Below are positions 16,934 to 19,266 of a stretch of 19,266 nt of DNA, piece after piece; position 1 is the first letter of the stretch; each line of letters begins with the position of its first letter. Both the position numbers and the translations under genes were made by a program. Source of the stretch: Elainellaceae cyanobacterium (GTDB lineage: Bacteria > Cyanobacteriota > Cyanobacteriia > CAZCXK01); the NCBI GenBank assembly GCA_051117555.1, contig JBNPEG010000030.1, forward strand, positions 1 to 19,266, in the 5' to 3' direction. The notes under the pieces are model-generated. The model did no database searches. It saw nothing but the letters and a program-made list of their open reading frames with translations, and had not been told where the DNA came from.

Positions 16934-18832
16934 TTATGACAGCGGTACTTGAGGAGATGAATCTGATTCATCTTTGCCGTTACTCGATGCGTGCGATCGC
17001 CTCGCTTGTTCAAACGTGGCTAAATCACTGCCATTGCGAATCCAAATAAACTGCTGAGGCACGCCAATGGGTATATTGTGCGCCTCAAATGCTAGCTTTA
17101 GCCGTCGTCGAAACTCGCGAGAAACATTCCACTGCTGCAACGGTTTGGTCTTAATCCAGACTCGAATCAAGATGCCATCGTGAGCCAGCTTGTCGATACC
17201 TAAAATATCTGCGGGTTCTAAAATGCGATCGTTCCAAAGCGATTCATGGCGCATATCTTCTGCGACGTGCTCCAATACTTGCAGGGCTCGATCGACATCG
17301 ACATCGTAAGACACTTCGATTTCCAAGTTCACCCGTGACCATCCGTTCGAAAGATTTCTTACTGTAGTGATTGAGCCATTCGGGATTGTCACTAGCTCAC
17401 CATCCGGGTCACGAATTTGGGTAATACGAAGATTCACATATTCCACAAAGCCCATCTCGTTTCCGACCGAAATCACATCCCCCACTGCATACTGATCTTC
17501 AAGCAAAATGAGAGAACCATTGATCATGTCTCGGATGAGACTTTGAGCGCTAAAGGATAAGGCAAATCCCAAGATGCCAGCGCCTGTTAACACGGGAGCG
17601 ATCGGAACTCGTAGCTCATACAGCACCCAAATTCCACCCACCACAATCGATGCGATGGTGCTCATTCCTTTCAGCGCGACTGAGTAAGTTGGCACTCGAC
17701 ACGCTTGGCGATGTGCCCCTATAGGCTTCAGCGATTCTTGCTCCGCCCACGCCTGCAAGAATTTATCGATGAGCACTTGGCTAACTTTATTGGCAAGCCC
17801 CATCACGACTAAAATGCCAAGCAATCGGATCGGTAAGCCAGAGAGCCACTGTCCTTGTTCGCGAGTCTGAGGGAATAGGGTCAAAATCCAAATCGTTCCA
17901 CCCAGCCAAATGGCAACCTGAGTCCACTGCAACAGTCGACGCAGAATTAGGTTGATATTGCGCTGACGGGCTAAGGTCAGTTGAGGCAAATGCAACGCCA
18001 AAAATCGGAGCGGATGGTTCACTGCCAAGTCTTGCATGGAGCTAATGCCGTCTATGTCGTCAAGCATTTTGTGGGGGGTGATGACTTGGCAATTGAGTTG
18101 ATTCCACTTTGCCTTTAGAAACCGTTGCACCAAAGCAACTAGAATGCTGGCAATGATCATGGCCACTAACGCCCGCAAGGCGCGAATGGCTTGAGCCTTT
18201 AAGTAGTCCGGTTGGCGTTCTTGTAGGGCTTGCCTGAGGCGATCGCGAATAATCGTGATCCAATCTTGAACCAAATCCGACTCTGATACGCCTGAGATGC
18301 GGGTATCGAGTTCGGTAATCGTCACAATTTGGATGCGCCGCAGCCCCATATTGCCTGACACGAAAATAACCGGCTGATTGTTTAACTGTCCTGCGATGAC
18401 CTGAAGTTCATCTGGGTCAGGTTCTTGAGCAACCACTTCGCTGAGATTCGTTTGAATGTGTTTCACTCGTTGTTGAACCGTTGGGGTCATGCTGTCTCCA
18501 TCTAAGGTGTCGGCTGCGGGTGCAGTCACTTGAAACAGCAATCGTCCATCAAAGCGGACATGGGCATATTCAATATTGCCAAGCCGCTCAACCTTGATAT
18601 GGGTTGACGGCTCAATGTCATTCGGTGTTTGGACTGTTAAATTGGGAATTTGCCCAACGCCAACCGAACTCCACGCGATCGCCCAAAATCCCACCAACAT
18701 CCCCATTGCTAACAACCGATACCCTCGATTGTGCGTTCGTCGTAAACTCCGGATGTCCAGCAAATGGGCGATCGCTCGAATTGACTGCTGAATTGACTGC
18801 CAGATGCGACGCATTACAGTGAGACTTTGCAT
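16934..18832 (-). CDS. MscS-family mechanosensitive channel with a long N-terminal extension
   Basis: Pore helix LTGAGILGFALSFSAQSLIRDMING, YAVGDVI, GFVEYVNLRITQIRD, TIPNGSI, C-terminal EFRRRLKLAF..IPIGVPQ, and several upstream TM segments. Confidence 0.93.
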   Translation of the reverse strand: MQSLTVMRRIWQSIQQSIRAIAHLLDIRSLRRTHNRGYRLLAMGMLVGFWAIAWSSVGVGQIPNLTVQTPNDIEPSTHIKVERLGNIEYAHVRFDGRLLFQVTAPAADTLDGDSMTPTVQQRVKHIQTNLSEVVAQEPDPDELQVIAGQLNNQPVIFVSGNMGLRRIQIVTITELDTRISGVSESDLVQDWITIIRDRLRQALQERQPDYLKAQAIRALRALVAMIIASILVALVQRFLKAKWNQLNCQVITPHKMLDDIDGISSMQDLAVNHPLRFLALHLPQLTLARQRNINLILRRLLQWTQVAIWLGGTIWILTLFPQTREQGQWLSGLPIRLLGILVVMGLANKVSQVLIDKFLQAWAEQESLKPIGAHRQACRVPTYSVALKGMSTIASIVVGGIWVLYELRVPIAPVLTGAGILGFALSFSAQSLIRDMINGSLILLEDQYAVGDVISVGNEMGFVEYVNLRITQIRDPDGELVTIPNGSITTVRNLSNGWSRVNLEIEVSYDVDVDRALQVLEHVAEDMRHESLWNDRILEPADILGIDKLAHDGILIRVWIKTKPLQQWNVSREFRRRLKLAFEAHNIPIGVPQQFIWIRNGSDLATFEQARRSHASSNGKDESDSSPQVPLS

Positions 18833-18880
18833 GGGTGCTAGACAGCCTGATTAATAAACGTTGGAACTGAATTCACTGAC

Positions 18881-18965
18881 TATAGCCCTACGGACTCTTT
18901 GTGTGTAGACTCCGACGCGCGGGGTCTACACACAAAGAGTCCTAGCGCGAGAGCGTGAGGCTATA
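18881..18965. repeat. Small TATAGCC...GGCTATA palindromic dispersed element, copy 2 (perfect 19-bp stem)
   Basis: GGACTCTTTGTGTGTAGAC (18892-18910) is the exact reverse complement of 18924-18942. Termini are TATAGCCCTACG and CGTGAGGCTATA. Confidence 0.85.
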
Positions 18966-19140
18966 CTAGAAAAGCATTAACGGCTGAGTTTTGAATGAGA
19001 TTTTCTACTCACGAATTCAGAAAGAACTCTCCTCATAGACGCCATCAATGCTGAGTCAAGCACAGTTGACTGCGCCCCGACGGTTTCTCACTGAGTCACA
19101 ATGCTGCTTGGCTAACGCTTGCCACTAGAGCGATCGCGCC

Positions 19141-19266
19141 GGGAGCATGTCACTTTTGCGCCCCAATCATGCCATTGAGGTAAGCGCAACGATGAGCCAG
19201 GACTTGTGGAACGTTGTTTTCATTCCACTGAGCACCTGAGATTTTGACGCGACGACCAATCTGCTT
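19141..19266 (-). mobile_element. End of an ISKra4-family-like insertion sequence (continues beyond the window)
   Basis: Transposase C-terminus with its stop codon inside a putative terminal inverted repeat GGGAGCATGTCACTTTT (19141-19157). The partner end is not in the window. Confidence 0.7.
19150..19266 (-). CDS. Partial ISKra4-family transposase (last 38 aa; not in the ORF track)
   Basis: Manual translation gives KQIGRRVKISGAQWNENNVPQVLAHRCAYLNGMIGAQK*. I recognise the K-x-SGAQW...VPQVLAHRCAYLNG tail from cyanobacterial ISKra4 transposases. Confidence 0.8.
   Translation of the reverse strand, partial: KQIGRRVKISGAQWNENNVPQVLAHRCAYLNGMIGAQK

Larger units (their letters stand above)
4..19137. 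repeat. HIP1 (GCGATCGC) highly iterated palindrome, about 30 dispersed copies
   Basis: Counted by eye (e.g. 4, 8398, 13873, 16208, 19130). Chance expectation for one 8-mer in 19 kb is below 1. Established cyanobacterial hallmark. Confidence 0.95.

Overview
Cyanobacterial chromosomal window: about 30 copies of the HIP1 octamer GCGATCGC plus cyanobacterial-type dispersed repeats. The left part is a minus-strand envelope cluster: mrdA (PBP2), a peptidoglycan-binding/TM/HEAT-repeat protein, a pentapeptide/TM/MORN-repeat protein and a small secreted acidic protein. It is followed by a divergent partner-switching pair (receiver-PP2C phosphatase and RsbW-like kinase), a secreted VIT-vWA protein convergent with a CyaB-type GAF-GAF-PAS adenylate cyclase, a prolyl oligopeptidase, a second small secreted acidic protein, an MscS channel, and the 3' end of an ISKra4-like IS that the ORF track misses. 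Best lead: two otherwise dissimilar secreted, very acidic, low-complexity proteins 16 kb apart end in the same terminal motif R-[A/G]-L-W-stop (YPRALW, TVRGLW), a candidate unrecognised C-terminal sorting/attachment signal. Other leads are two copies of a ~90-bp TATAGCC...GGCTATA hairpin element just upstream of start codons, a REP-carrying mini-element that supplies a stop codon, several short tandem duplications, and an Asn-to-Asp change at a catalytic position of the cyclase. All family calls come from visual motif recognition; no searches were run.
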